Source: the human T2T-CHM13v2.0 reference genome, Homo sapiens. Taken from it: a stretch of DNA of 64,000 nt. Location of the stretch: the NCBI RefSeq assembly GCF_009914755.1, contig NC_060928.1; one strand, written 5' to 3'. The position numbers were made by a program, and so were the translations under genes. This document shows, one piece after another, positions 17,344 to 29,949 of the stretch (the stretch's first letter is position 1; the number at the start of each line of letters is the position of its first letter). The notes beneath the pieces are model-generated. The model made no database searches. It saw only the letters and a list, made by a program, of their open reading frames with translations, and was not told the DNA's origin.

Positions 17344-17634
17344 AATGGTTACCTTTAGTTGGGTTAAATCCAGTGAATTCCTTTGGATGTGTTCTTCAGT
17401 TGACTTAAAAAAAGAAAAAGAAAAAAAATTTCAGTGAATTCTTGAAAGAATTAAACAAACTGGGCATAGAAAATTGTATGTTACATAAAAATATGTACAA
17501 ACATTATTTTAAATATAAATCTGTATTCCTACTTTACCAAAAAGCTGATTATACTGATGACAATAATGCAATTTTGTTGGTTTGGGAAAATGCAAAATCA
17601 CCAGACTAATTGCAACAGCACTTCTGCAATAATG

Positions 17635-17800
17635 CTACTGATTTATTGAATACCTACTATGTGCCAGTCACTTTATTGAATATGATTTCTAATAATCACA
17701 GGGCAGATATTATTATCTCCACTTTACTGATGAGCAAACTGAAGTTCAGAGAGGTATCGATCATTTGTCCAAGGTCTGAGTGCTGTGGAATTGAAATCAA
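17635..17800 (-). mobile_element. MIR fragment
   Basis: atttattgaatacctactatgtgccag...attatctccactttactgatgagcaaactgaagttcagagagg core. Confidence 0.7.
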
Positions 17801-18520
17801 AGTCCACCAGCATTTATCAGATCGAGTAGGTCTGAAGTTCCTAATGCTGAATACAAAAGGGCACAGTTATCTAGGATAAATATAAAATGCATGAGATGCC
17901 AGGGCAACAGGCAAACCAGGACATACGATCACCTACACTATACAGCATCATCTTGAGAATATGTGCACTGCTGCCACAGTCTTTGCAAACAATCAAATGT
18001 ACAAGGGGTTGAGAAAATAAAGTACAGTTATAAGGAGTATTCAACAGAAGAGTGAAATGTAACAAGATAGAATTGGAGGGTTAATTTCAGGTAAGTTTTT
18101 GAAAGCTCTAAGAGCCAGGAGAGGAGTTCACTCTTTATCCTGTAGTCAATGCTACATAGCTACAAACATTGGTATGGTGTTTGACAAGTGCTTTCATATA
18201 CACTATTACACTTGACAATGAAAGTATGATAGTTGGTACTTCCAGAGAGGTTATGTGACTTTCCCAAGACTGCTAAACTGGTAAGCAGTAGAGTTCCCTG
18301 TTTCTACAAAGTCTAGGCTTTTCCTACTTTTCCATATTACTTGCTAGTTTCTAAAACATCCAGTCCCTTGAGATTACAAGTTATCATCAGAAACCACAAC
18401 AAAAAGCACATTGTTTCACATGGGAGAATAGCACATGGCTGACCCATTATTCTGTTAGCATGGGTTACAATCATTTTCCTAGAAGGGCATTAAGTCCTAT
18501 ACAATAGACGTTAGGAACAA

Positions 18521-18836
<316 letters not shown>

Positions 18837-19193
18837 CTAAATACCTTATAGAAAAATTAAGAAGAAAAAATATATAAAGAAGAAAACAAAAATCCTTTAT
18901 AATTTTACAACTGAGAGATAATTTTAACACTCTGGTGCATTTTCTTCCAGTCTTTGGCATACCCTAAAGCTTGAATGTCATTGCACCCATGCCATCTCCA
19001 CCTGCTGTGACCCTATCTTCGGAATACTTCTCAAATCCATCAATTCCTATGAGCTCTACCCTCATATATGTCACCTCACCTCGTGCCTAGATTAGCGCAT
19101 TTTCCCAGCAGCCAGTCTCCTGAGCTCCAGTCTGGCATACGCTGTCCACATTCATTTGGCGTACTGCAGACAGAGGAGTTTTTGGCTTGTTTG

Positions 19194-19898
<705 letters not shown>

Positions 19899-19899
19899 T

Positions 19900-20380
19900 A
19901 GCCGTGGCTTTCAAGGCCCTTCACCCCACTGCTCCCACTTCCGCTCTCTCCACTGGGCCCTCACAGTCTGCCTGCCTTCCCACCTCCCCACGTGGCTCTA
20001 CAGACCTTCTGAGCCATGCCCTCTGTCTGGAACCTCCCAATGGCACTCTCGCAGCTGGAACACTCCTCCTTAGGCTCTCTGCCTAACTGCTTTTCAGTTT
20101 TCAAACCTCAGCTCATATTTTAATTTTGGGGGGATGATTTATTTGACCCCCTGCCTCTCTCTGCCCAGGATTAGAGGCTTCTGCCACAATCTCAAGTTCT
20201 CCCTCTGTTCCTGTGATAACACTTATCTCACTGTATTATTATCTTCTTGTTTCACTGCCTGTCTCCTTACCTAGATTGTAAACTGTGAAGGCAGGGTCTT
20301 ATCTCTTCTATTCCCCACTCTATACCCCGCATGTGTCACAGGACCTGGCACAGGGCAGGCACTGAATATTCTTCACTAAA
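19900..20380 (+). mobile_element. L2 3' fragment
   Basis: ctagattgtaaactgtgaaggcagggtc...cctggcacagggcaggcactgaata typical L2 3' end. Confidence 0.6.
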
Positions 20381-20501
20381 TGTGTGTGTATAGGGCAAAC
20401 ATGCATACACCAATATATAGCATATGAAGTGTTTAATAAATCTGTATAATTTTCCCGCAGATTATTTTGCATTTTCTTTGTAGAAATTAATGTTATCTGT
20501 G

Positions 20502-21003
20502 TGTTAGATATGAGTTCTAAATTTCTTTTCAAAGAATTAATATGTCAGTATGTTCAATTCTTTGCCTTCTACTTTTAAACTTAACTTCTTCGTAAAGCAA
20601 CCTTTTTCGATTACCTACTCCATCCTGACTCATTCCGATCACCTGCTCCACCCTAACTCATTCTAATCACCTGCTCCACCCTAACTCGTTCAGATTATCT
20701 GCTACCTGCTCTGCCCTGACTCCCGCCGAAGCACTCACCCGGTCATTCTCTTTAAATTAGCCAGTCAGAATTAATTTAGCCTGTGCGGTCTAACACTAGC
20801 CAATAGGGAAACGACACAGCAGCAGGGGCCACGTGCGTCATAGATAAGAACCTCTTCCCCTCTCTTGTCCGAGTGTGCGCTCACCATTGTTCCATCTGGA
20901 AGGGTGCACCCTTCTATAGAAGTAACTTGCCTTGCTGAGAATTAAAAAGAAAATTTTAGACTCGAGTGCTATTCCTTTTGCGGCACCAAAACTTTACATA
21001 ACA
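20502..21003 (+). mobile_element. LTR10F-like (HERV-I) solo LTR
   Basis: tgttagatatgagttctaaatttc start, ...aca end, 4-bp TSD tgtg, internal ~28-bp repeats, CCAAT, TATA-like and ATTAAA signals. Confidence 0.85.
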
Positions 21004-21135
21004 TGTGAATAATGACAGTTTTGCTTCTTCCTTTCTAGTCCTTATCCCTTCTGTTTTTCCTTGTCTTACGGTGCAGCTAAGATCTCCAATGCAATGTCAA
21101 ATGGATGTGCTGATAGTTTGCATTTTTGTATCTGA

Positions 21136-21417
21136 TTTTTTTTTTTTTTTTGAGACAGCGTTTTGCTCTGCCACCCAGACTGGAGTGCAGTGGTACAGTC
21201 ATGGCTGATGGCAACGTCAACCTCCTGGGCTTAGGTGATCCCCCCACCTCAGCCTCGGGGGTAGCTGGGACTACAGGCACACACCACCAAGTGCCTGTAT
21301 TGTATTTTTTGTAGAGATGGTTGCCCAGGCTGGTCTTGAACTCCTGGGCTGAAGCAATCTGCTCGCCTTGGCTTTCCAAAGTGCTGGGATTACAGGTGTG
21401 AGCCACCACTCCTGGCT
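21136..21417 (-). mobile_element. Alu (AluJ-like)
   Basis: Antisense Alu, TSD atctgatttttt. Confidence 0.9.
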
Positions 21418-21419
21418 GC

Positions 21420-21985
21420 ATCTGATTTTTTAAAGGGAAAAGTCACGATTTTGACATTAACTATCATGCATGATAGAGATTTTTGATTGATACTCTTCAT
21501 CATTTTAAGGAAATTCTATTCTAGTCTCAGTTTAAGAAGCTTCTCTTCATAAATTATGAATGAATGAATGAAAAATTTTATCTGTGAGTTTTCTGTTTCA
21601 CCAAGATGGTTTACCTTCTTTAATCTGTTAATGCATTGAATTACATTACATTGCCTAGTGTTAAAACATCCTTACAGCCTTGCAATTGGTCTTGATATAT
21701 TATTCTTTTACAATATTGTTTTGCAGAATTTGATGTACTAACATTTTATTTAGCATTATGAAGTCTATGTTTATTAGTAAAATTGGCTTATAATTTTCTT
21801 TTCTTTTGCTATTTTTGTCTGGTTTTGAGATCAAGAATATTTATAGTCTCATAAAATGAATTGGAAAACTTTCTCTTTTTTTCTATTCTCTAAAACAATG
21901 TATATGTAATAAAGATGACCTAGTCCTTAAATATTTGACAGAACTCATTTATAAAGCTATCTAAACCCACTGCAGGTTTATACAT
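21420..21985 (-). mobile_element. Old L1M ORF2 fragment
   Basis: Antisense L1-like text (aaattggcttataattttc...ctcataaaatgaattgg). Confidence 0.65.
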
Positions 21986-21999
21986 ATAGATCTATTAGC

Positions 22000-22700
22000 T
22001 GAAGCTTGTTAATTGTTTGGTTCAAATCACCTGTGTCTGTATGCCTTTGTGTATTTGCAAAGATTCTTAATTTGTCTTTTACATGCAAATTTATTTTTCT
22101 ACACTATCTGTTCTGCTGTACAGTGCCTTCAAAGTATTTTGGTTATGTTTTACTTTTGTTTCATCCTTTTTATCCAATTCCATTTATATGTCAACCTGCA
22201 TCTTTATTTATTTTTCATATCTTCTGTATAATTTTGCAATGTTAGTATTTTCCTGTAATTGTTTGAGATCACAAAAAGGTTGCTTTCAAAGGTTGACTTC
22301 CATGTTTTTCTACTGTAAATCATCTTCCAAAATATGCATTTGCTCTGCATCTTCAGGGCCATGCTCTTTATTCTTTTCTGAACTATCATGGTCCCTGTAT
22401 TGTTGTTTCAGTTGATTCATCTTTAAGTAAGGAAATCCGGAGGAAGCATGTGTATACAATCTGTTGGAAAATATCTGGCTATCTACTGGATCTGATGACC
22501 TTGAGTAACACTGTTGTACCTGCATCTTAGTGCATGTTTCACACAATGTCTTAATTAGAGAGGCTTTTCCCACAATGCTCAGCCCCTGCCACAGCCCTTA
22601 AAGGGCCATGCTGCTTTTTCAATCTTTGAAGTCTTTGGACAACTTTACCGATGGGAAATTTCATATAGGTCCTCCCTCTGCTGATTGGCCATAGCGTAAT
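22000..22700 (-). mobile_element. Ancient L1/HAL1-like ORF1 remnant
   Basis: Minus-strand translation gives a broken coiled-coil-like run (DLKQLQENT...LKALYSRTDSVEK) resembling ORF1p. Confidence 0.45.
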
Positions 22701-23279
22701 GAAAAAAAAGATCATCAATTAATTGGCTTGTGACACCATAGCTGTGAGATAACAAATAGGTCTCGCCTCACATACCAACTCCCAGTGGGTGTGGTGGCTG
22801 CCTGGGGAACTTTGTTGAGAATGATTCTGAGGCCCTCTCTGGCTCAGTGGGAAAGAGTGCTTTCATTAATGAGTTATATCTGCTAGGGGCATGGGAGCAG
22901 GGAGTGGCAGGATGAATGCCACCTATCTGCTGCCCCTGTTCTAATGGCTGTCCACAGGTGTGACATAAGATATAAAAATTAATAGTAAGCTGGGCTTAAA
23001 GGGCCTGGCCTCCTTGAAGCTTTTAAGGGACTCAATTCCACAATACCCAGTGATATATGACAGTGGACTTAGCTTATGAAGTGCTTGCCCCAGACACCAG
23101 TGATCTGAAATTGTCCAAAACTCCAGAGAATGGCAGACTAAACACAGGCGAATTGTGTAATCAAGTGGCAAACTGCCCGAGCGATGATCTTTCTAGGTGT
23201 GAACACACCTAGCTTCACTGCCTTATCAGAGTTGGGCCTGCATAAACCTTTGCCGTTCTTTGTTAGATCTGGCTGGGAT

Positions 23280-23788
23280 CTTTGCCCCCACACTCCCACT
23301 CTCCCCTTACCCAAAAGAGGCTTAGCCCTCCTCATTCCTTGTTCATCATTCTGCACAGGGTTGGGGGGAAGTGACACAGGCCTGTCCATTCTTAGTTCAG
23401 AAAGTGGTCCCCAAATGGTATGTGACCTCAGTTGGAATTTTATATACAAGCACTTGAAGGAACCACTTTCTCTAGAATCCAGAATTGGGACTGGGATGAT
23501 GAAAGCCTGGAACTCTCTGATGCCTCCACCATAATGAAGACATCCATGTGTATTGGGAGAGAAGGAAGCTGACAGAGAAAAGCAGAGGCGAGAGAGAGAA
23601 AGAGAGAGAGAGAGGCAGAGGCTAAGAAAGAGAGAGGGGACACCTGCTGACATCTCTGGAGTTTCTTGAACTTTTGATATGTACTCCATTCCTGGACTTG
23701 ATCATATGAGTCAGTACATTCATTTGAAATTGAACTATTTTGATTTGGGATTGTGTCTCTTAAGACTGAAGGAGTCTTAACAAATACA
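23280..23788 (+). mobile_element. Old MLT1 LTR (MLT1J/K-like)
   Basis: 3' end gactgaaggagtcttaacaaataca and GA-rich middle. Confidence 0.5.
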
Positions 23789-23856
23789 ATGGCAACTGCT
23801 TTTGTTAACTGTCAATGTTGGTTGAGACTGGTTGGTTTGCCTCTCCATTTTAGAGA

Positions 23857-24412
23857 TGTCAAAGGAAAATAAATCTTGGGACCCCAAAATCACTAAGCCA
23901 AGGGGAAAGTCAAGCTGGGAACTATGTCAGGCAAACCTGCCTCCCATGTTATTTTTAAATAAGACCGCTACAAAATAAAAAGCTACATATCTCCTTCACA
24001 ATTTGGCCACAAGGAAATTCCTTCTGGACAAAGGACAGACAGAACTCAAAGTCATCCCTCTGAGTCTCACCTGAGACAAATGCTTATCTGAGTGCTTCCT
24101 CTGCCCTATTGTTTAGGTGAAAATGCAGATTCACTGAGCCAGACTAAATTGTGTATTCAGTGCAAAGCTGATCAAAGACTCAAAAGAATGCAACCTTTTG
24201 TCTCTTATCTCCTTATGACCACCTCAAGTTGTCCTGCCTTACTAGACCAACCCTATGTCTCCCTAGAATGTGTAAAAGCAAGCTGTACCCTGACCACCGT
24301 GCGTATACGTTGTCAGGCCCTCCTGAGGCTGTGTCACATGTGCGTCCTTAACCTTGGTAAAGTAAACTTTCGAAATTGATTGAGACCTGTCTCCAATACC
24401 TTTTGGTTTACA
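23857..24412 (+). mobile_element. MER4A-family (ERV1) solo LTR
   Basis: tgtcaaaggaaaataaatcttgggaccccaaaatcactaagcc...ttttggtttaca. Confidence 0.85.
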
Positions 24413-25703
24413 GAGGAGATTCATGATTCATGAACAGAGGCCTGTGTTGCTCCCATTGCCTCTGAGCCTCTCCAGAGGTCCCAATACATCCTCCCTCGCC
24501 CTCAGCCATGCTGCCTACAGGGAATGGAAGTCACAGAATGAATGTGTTAAGAGGAGACTCCTGCAGGTGGGTGGCAGGGTCTGTGGCTGAGAAGAGAATT
24601 CTACTACAGTGTGGAGTGCCCTTCTGGTTAGTTCTTCCTCCCCACCCTAAAGTGGGAAATATTTTCCCACTTCTTTATAGCCATCTTTTTTCTTCAATTC
24701 AAAAGGCAAAGTGTACATACATAGAAATTTATTTCTCAATTCAACCCACAAAGATGCAGTTTCCCAGAGTTTAGCATATAGCTTTCAGTCTATAATGTTG
24801 CCAATTGGTCTTCTGGGTCTCTCCATGAGTGATTTAATTAAAAAGAAAGGAAAGATGAATAGAGTACTGTTGGTTTGCAACAGTGACGATTTGGAAATTC
24901 CTGGGCAGGTACATTTCCACGGCATGGTAAGGATTCTGGGAAGAACAGCGCTTTGGCACTGCCTGTGCGGCCCAAGGCAGCTGGAAGGGGTCCTACAGAT
25001 CCTGGGGAAAGGCACTAAAACAAGAAAAGGAGTGGGTGGTGCCAGAGACAAACTTCAACAGTTTCCTGACTTTGCCTACAGCCCGCCCTGACTGGTTTAG
25101 GCTTGTTAACGAAAACATTCTTCCTATTCCTTTCTCCTGCCTAGTTTTGAATGATGACAGTGCTGTAGATATGATGCCTTTATGACATTTAACCACAAAT
25201 GGCACCAATTAGTCATCTCATAAAGCTCAACAGCGCCAGGACTATCCTTTATCTCAGCTCTCTGGGGCTGGGAGTGGGAGATCGGAGTAGAATATGTGTC
25301 TCTAGCCTGAAGAAAAGTTGTCAACAAATCAGTTCTTCATCTAATCTGAGGTGACAAGTGGGGTGATGTATTCCAGCTAAAGCATTCTTGGCTCCAGATG
25401 ACTTTGTAAAGATAATAAAATGTGTTCATGTTCACATGTTCGTCAATGTCTCCAGTTCTGGCCTCGGCAGCTTTTCAGAGGCAAAAACTTCCCTCTTTTA
25501 TTCCCTGTCCTAACTGATGAAAAGGTGAAGTGTTGTAATAGATCAATCTCTTTACAATCTATCTGCTTTTTGACCGATAATGCTGACATAATTTTAGGGA
25601 ATTGTAAGAGAGGAGATAGCCTTAAATTAGGCATTTACAGGGGACGGAGAGAGAGGTAAAGTGGTACTTACAGCTTCACTGCAGGAGATTTAAGAACAAT
25701 ATC

Positions 25704-26169
25704 TGTCGATCACTGTGAAGAGTCTGAGATTTAACCTACATTCAATTTCACAAGTTAACCTGCCATAGTTCCATGGATGCTGGTAGAAGGTATGAGGCCC
25801 CTGGGGTTAGAGACAGAAGACAATTTATTACTCCCAGTAATAGCAATAGTCAAAGTATCAGCATATTTGCACTGGTAAGACCCACCTCCCACAGGGTGAT
25901 AGGAAGAGGGCCAGATGACACTGGAACAATCCTATACATGCAGTCAGTTACATTACAAGGGCAAAATCTTGAGTTTAGGCAACCTGAATCTTTCATCAGG
26001 GGCCATAATCTCACCTGCCTTTTGCTCCGAAGGAAAATATTATGTCTATCTTCCAAGACTGATTGATAAACAAACCTCCTTGAAAAGATAATGCAGAACA
26101 AAGAGCAGTTAGCCTTTGCTTATGAGAGTACAGGAGTGTGACAAACCTGTGGGAAAATTTCTCCTAACA
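25704..26169 (-). mobile_element. 3' LTR (LTR40-like)
   Basis: Minus strand tgttaggaga...aataaa...aatctcagactcttcacagtgatcgaca; homologous to 33602-34011. Confidence 0.85.
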
Positions 26170-26193
26170 ATGTGCAACCCTCATTTCAATACT

Positions 26194-26712
26194 GTTGCAT
26201 TAGCTTCCAGAGATTTGCCATAACAAATCATCCCAAACTGGGTGGGTTAAAACAACACACATTTCTTCTTGTGCAGTTCTAGAGGTGAAGCGTCTGTTGG
26301 CATGGCCCTGTTTCCCCTCAAGACTCTAGAGGAGTAGTCTTCCTTGCCCTTTCCGGTTTCTGGTGGCTTCTGGTGTTCCTTGGCTTGTGGCTGCATCACT
26401 CTGGTCTCTGCCTTTGTCTTTGCATAGCCTTCCCCTCTTAGCTCCTGTGTCCCCATCTATGTTCTCTTATACGGACTCATTTCATTGGATTGAGTTTAGG
26501 AAATCTGAATCTTTCATAAGGGGCCATATAATCCAACATGATTCTACCCAGATAACCCTACCCAGATACCCAGATAATCCAACATGATCTCATCTCGACA
26601 TCCTTAATTTAATTAATCTACAAAGATCCTTTTCCTAAATAAAGTCACATCACAAGTTCTGGGGGTTAAGAAGTGGATATATCTTTTGTATGGGTGGGTG
26701 TCATTCAACCCA
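26194..26712 (-). mobile_element. MLT1 LTR inserted in the provirus
   Basis: cataacaaatcatcccaaactgggtgggttaaaacaacac...gttctgggggttaag. Confidence 0.75.
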
Positions 26713-26779
26713 ACCATCTCAGCTTCTGATAAATTTTCACATGAATACCCCACTCCATCAGCCATGTTGATTAAACTGA

Positions 26780-27119
<340 letters not shown>

Positions 27120-27124
27120 CCATT

Positions 27125-28090
27125 CAAATAGTCTTATGCAGAATTTAATTAACAAGACTTGAAGCAACACAATGTGGCCTATTTACATTGTGGAACTCAA
27201 TCATATCCCCCAGAGTCCCAGCCTCAAGTTGAAACCAATCCTATAAACCATCATGGTCTAACTTGGAAATCCAACTAGCTTGCTCTTTGTGTTTTGACTT
27301 TTCCACTTGGCTTGAGGTATTATTCCAGATACAGCAGGATGTATTAGCACAAGGAGGAAGTCTTGGGCAATTCAATCATTCCTAACAATCCTGGCCAGTG
27401 AATTGAAGCTATCTGAATGCCTCACAGGGCTGAGGTTTGTTTTCCCAAAATACTCAAAGCTCTTTTATGACTATACTTAAGGGGTATGTGACTATGTTTC
27501 CAGAAGAGAGGCAAGTTAATGTCTGGCTTCCACATAAGAATTACAGTTTCTGAGATGCACATGGTGCCCTAGGGAAGAGATGTTTGCAATTGCCGATGCC
27601 ACTCAAGGAGGACCTGCATTCGTTGGGGACCATGGTTCATGATGCTGCAAATATATTCTCCTGGTTGGCTGGTTGGCATTAGGGTTTTCCACAAAGAACA
27701 GTTGAATCTAATCCTTCTTTGTGGAGGAACTACCTGATAGCAGTGAGTCTAACCTGACCTTTTTGTCCATGCCACCAGCTGGTGGCATTTGTTTGTTCTG
27801 GGCGATGATTGAGTGATACCTACAAGAAAGGGAGGGGCAAAGACATCTAGAGGTCTTGGCAAGTGTGTTGAATGGGGTGGCAAGAACAAGTGTGTTGAAT
27901 GGGGTGGCAAGAACTGGGGCTATCCCCTGCTGCTTCTGTTAAACTTCTTGGTAAGATTAACACGAATGGAAATCAAGTCCTGGTGATAATTATCTGGCAG
28001 AGGATGGCAGGCCCAGTAGTTAGTTAAAGGCAAGGCACTTAGTGCATTGGAGTGTTTTCTTTCCTGGGGAAGATCTCAGGGTATCTTCCC
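27125..28090 (-). pseudogene. env: Gamma-type env remnant
   Basis: SU motif LTNYWACHPLP (~27995-28027); TM SFNSLARIVRND*IAQDFLL then ANTSCCIWNNTSSQVEKS (~27295-27410). Confidence 0.8.
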
Positions 28091-28239
28091 ACCCTCATAC
28101 TTTCTGGGGTTGGAGGAACTCTCTCCCCAGCTCTCACCACCAGAGAATCATTGTGTTCATTCCAGTGGTTACTCATCTCCTACTTCACCCACATCTTCGT
28201 CTAGATAAATTAGGTGCAAGAGGGATAAAGGCATATTTT

Positions 28240-29588
28240 AAAACTTTTATTTTAAGCTCAGGGGTACATGTGTAGGATTGTCATATGGGTAAACTTGTGT
28301 CATGGGGGCTTGTTGTACAGATTATTTTGTCACCTAGGTTTTTTTTTTTTTTTTTTTTTTGAAACTGAGCCTCACTCTCTTGCCCAGGCTGGAGTGCAGT
28401 GGCCCATCCTTGGCTCATTGCAACCCCCGCCTCTCAGGCTGAAGCAATTTTAATGCCTCAGCCTCCCTAGTAGCTGGGATTACAGGTGCATGTCACTGCA
28501 CTCAGTTAATTTTTCCCTATTTTTTGGTAAAGACGGGGTTTCACCATGTTGGCCAGGTTGGTCTTGAACTCCTGGCCTGAAGTGATCCATCTGCCTCGGC
28601 CTCCCAAAATGCTGGGATTACAGGTGTGAGCCACCGCACCTGGCCTCATCACCCAGGTATTAAGCCTAGTGCTCATTAGTTATTTTTCCTGATCCTCTAC
28701 CACCTCCCACCCTCTACCCTCCAATAGGCCCCATTGTGTGTCGTTCCCCTCTATGTGTCCATTTGTTCTCATCATTTAGTTCCCACTTACAAATGAGAAT
28801 ACGTGGTACTTGGTTTTCTGTTCCTGCATTAGTTTGCTAAGGACAATGGCCTCCAGCTCCATCCATGCCCCTGCAAGGACATGACCTTGTTCCTTTTTAT
28901 GGCTGCACAGTATTCCATGGCATATATGTACCATATTTTCTTTATCCAATCTGCCATCAATGGATATTTAGGTTGATTCTATGTCTTTGCTATTGTGAAT
29001 AGCATTGTAATAAATATACATGTGCATGTATCTTTACAGTAGAATGATTTATATTCTTTTGGGTATATACCCAGTAATGGGATTGCTGGGTCAAATGGTA
29101 TTTCTGTCTTTAGGTCTTTGAGGAATCACCACACTGTATTCCACAAAAGCTGAACTAATTTATATTCCTACCAACCGTGTATAAGCATTCCTTTTTTTCT
29201 ACAACCTCTCCAGCATCTGTTATTTTTTGACTTTTGAATAATCACCATTCTGACTGGTGTGAGATGGTATCTCATTGCGGTTTTGATTTGCATTTCTCTA
29301 ATGATCAGTGATGACGAGCTTTTTTTCATATGTTTGTGGGCCACATATATGCCTTCTTTTGAAAAGTGTCTGTTCATGTCCTTTGTCCACTTTTTAATGA
29401 GGTTTTTTTTTTTTCTTGTAAATTTGTTTAAGTTTCTTATAGATGCTGGATATTAGAACTCTGTTGGATGGATAGTTTGCAAAAATTTTCTCCCATTCTA
29501 TAGGGTGTCTGCTCACTCAGTTGATAGTTTCCTTCGTAGTGCAAAAGTTCTTTAGTTTAATTAGATCCCATTTGTCAATTTTTGCTTA
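28240..29588 (-). mobile_element. L1PA (older, PA7/8-like) 3' fragment with nested Alu
   Basis: Antisense ORF2 end ([19 protein letters not shown]) and 3'UTR; approximate TSD ggcat...aaaactt. Confidence 0.88.
28338..28644 (-). mobile_element. Alu inside L1
   Basis: Antisense Alu, approximate TSD tcacc(t/c)aggt. Confidence 0.93.
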
Positions 29589-29949
29589 GGGCATTTTTAT
29601 AAAACTTACAGAGATGCGTTATATCTTCCATTTTGGCCCATGTGTGCCAGCATAGGGAGACTCTGAGCAATGTATTCAACCAGTGGTCATTGTCCTGGTG
29701 ACCCGGGACATGTCAATCCAACAGGAGAATCCAGACTTCTTAGGGTCCCATTTGAGACAGATGGCCACTCAGATAGTACAAGCCTGGCCAGCTGGGGGTT
29801 ACTCCTAGGAGTAAGAAAGACACACCATACACAGGAAGTGCTAGAGAAGAATCCCAAATTTCCAGAAAAGGTCTCCTCCCATTTTGTCAAGTTATTACCT
29901 AGGAAGCAGCTGAGAGAAGATGATCACTTTCTGGGACAGCCTCACTCAG

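Noticed and set aside
20605-20725. Short direct-repeat array as CRISPR
   Set aside because: Tandem units without unique spacers, inside an LTR in primate DNA; no cas genes
23138-23689. 183-aa minus-strand ORF, the longest in the window
   Set aside because: Overlaps an old MLT1 LTR and GA low-complexity tract; no recognisable domain
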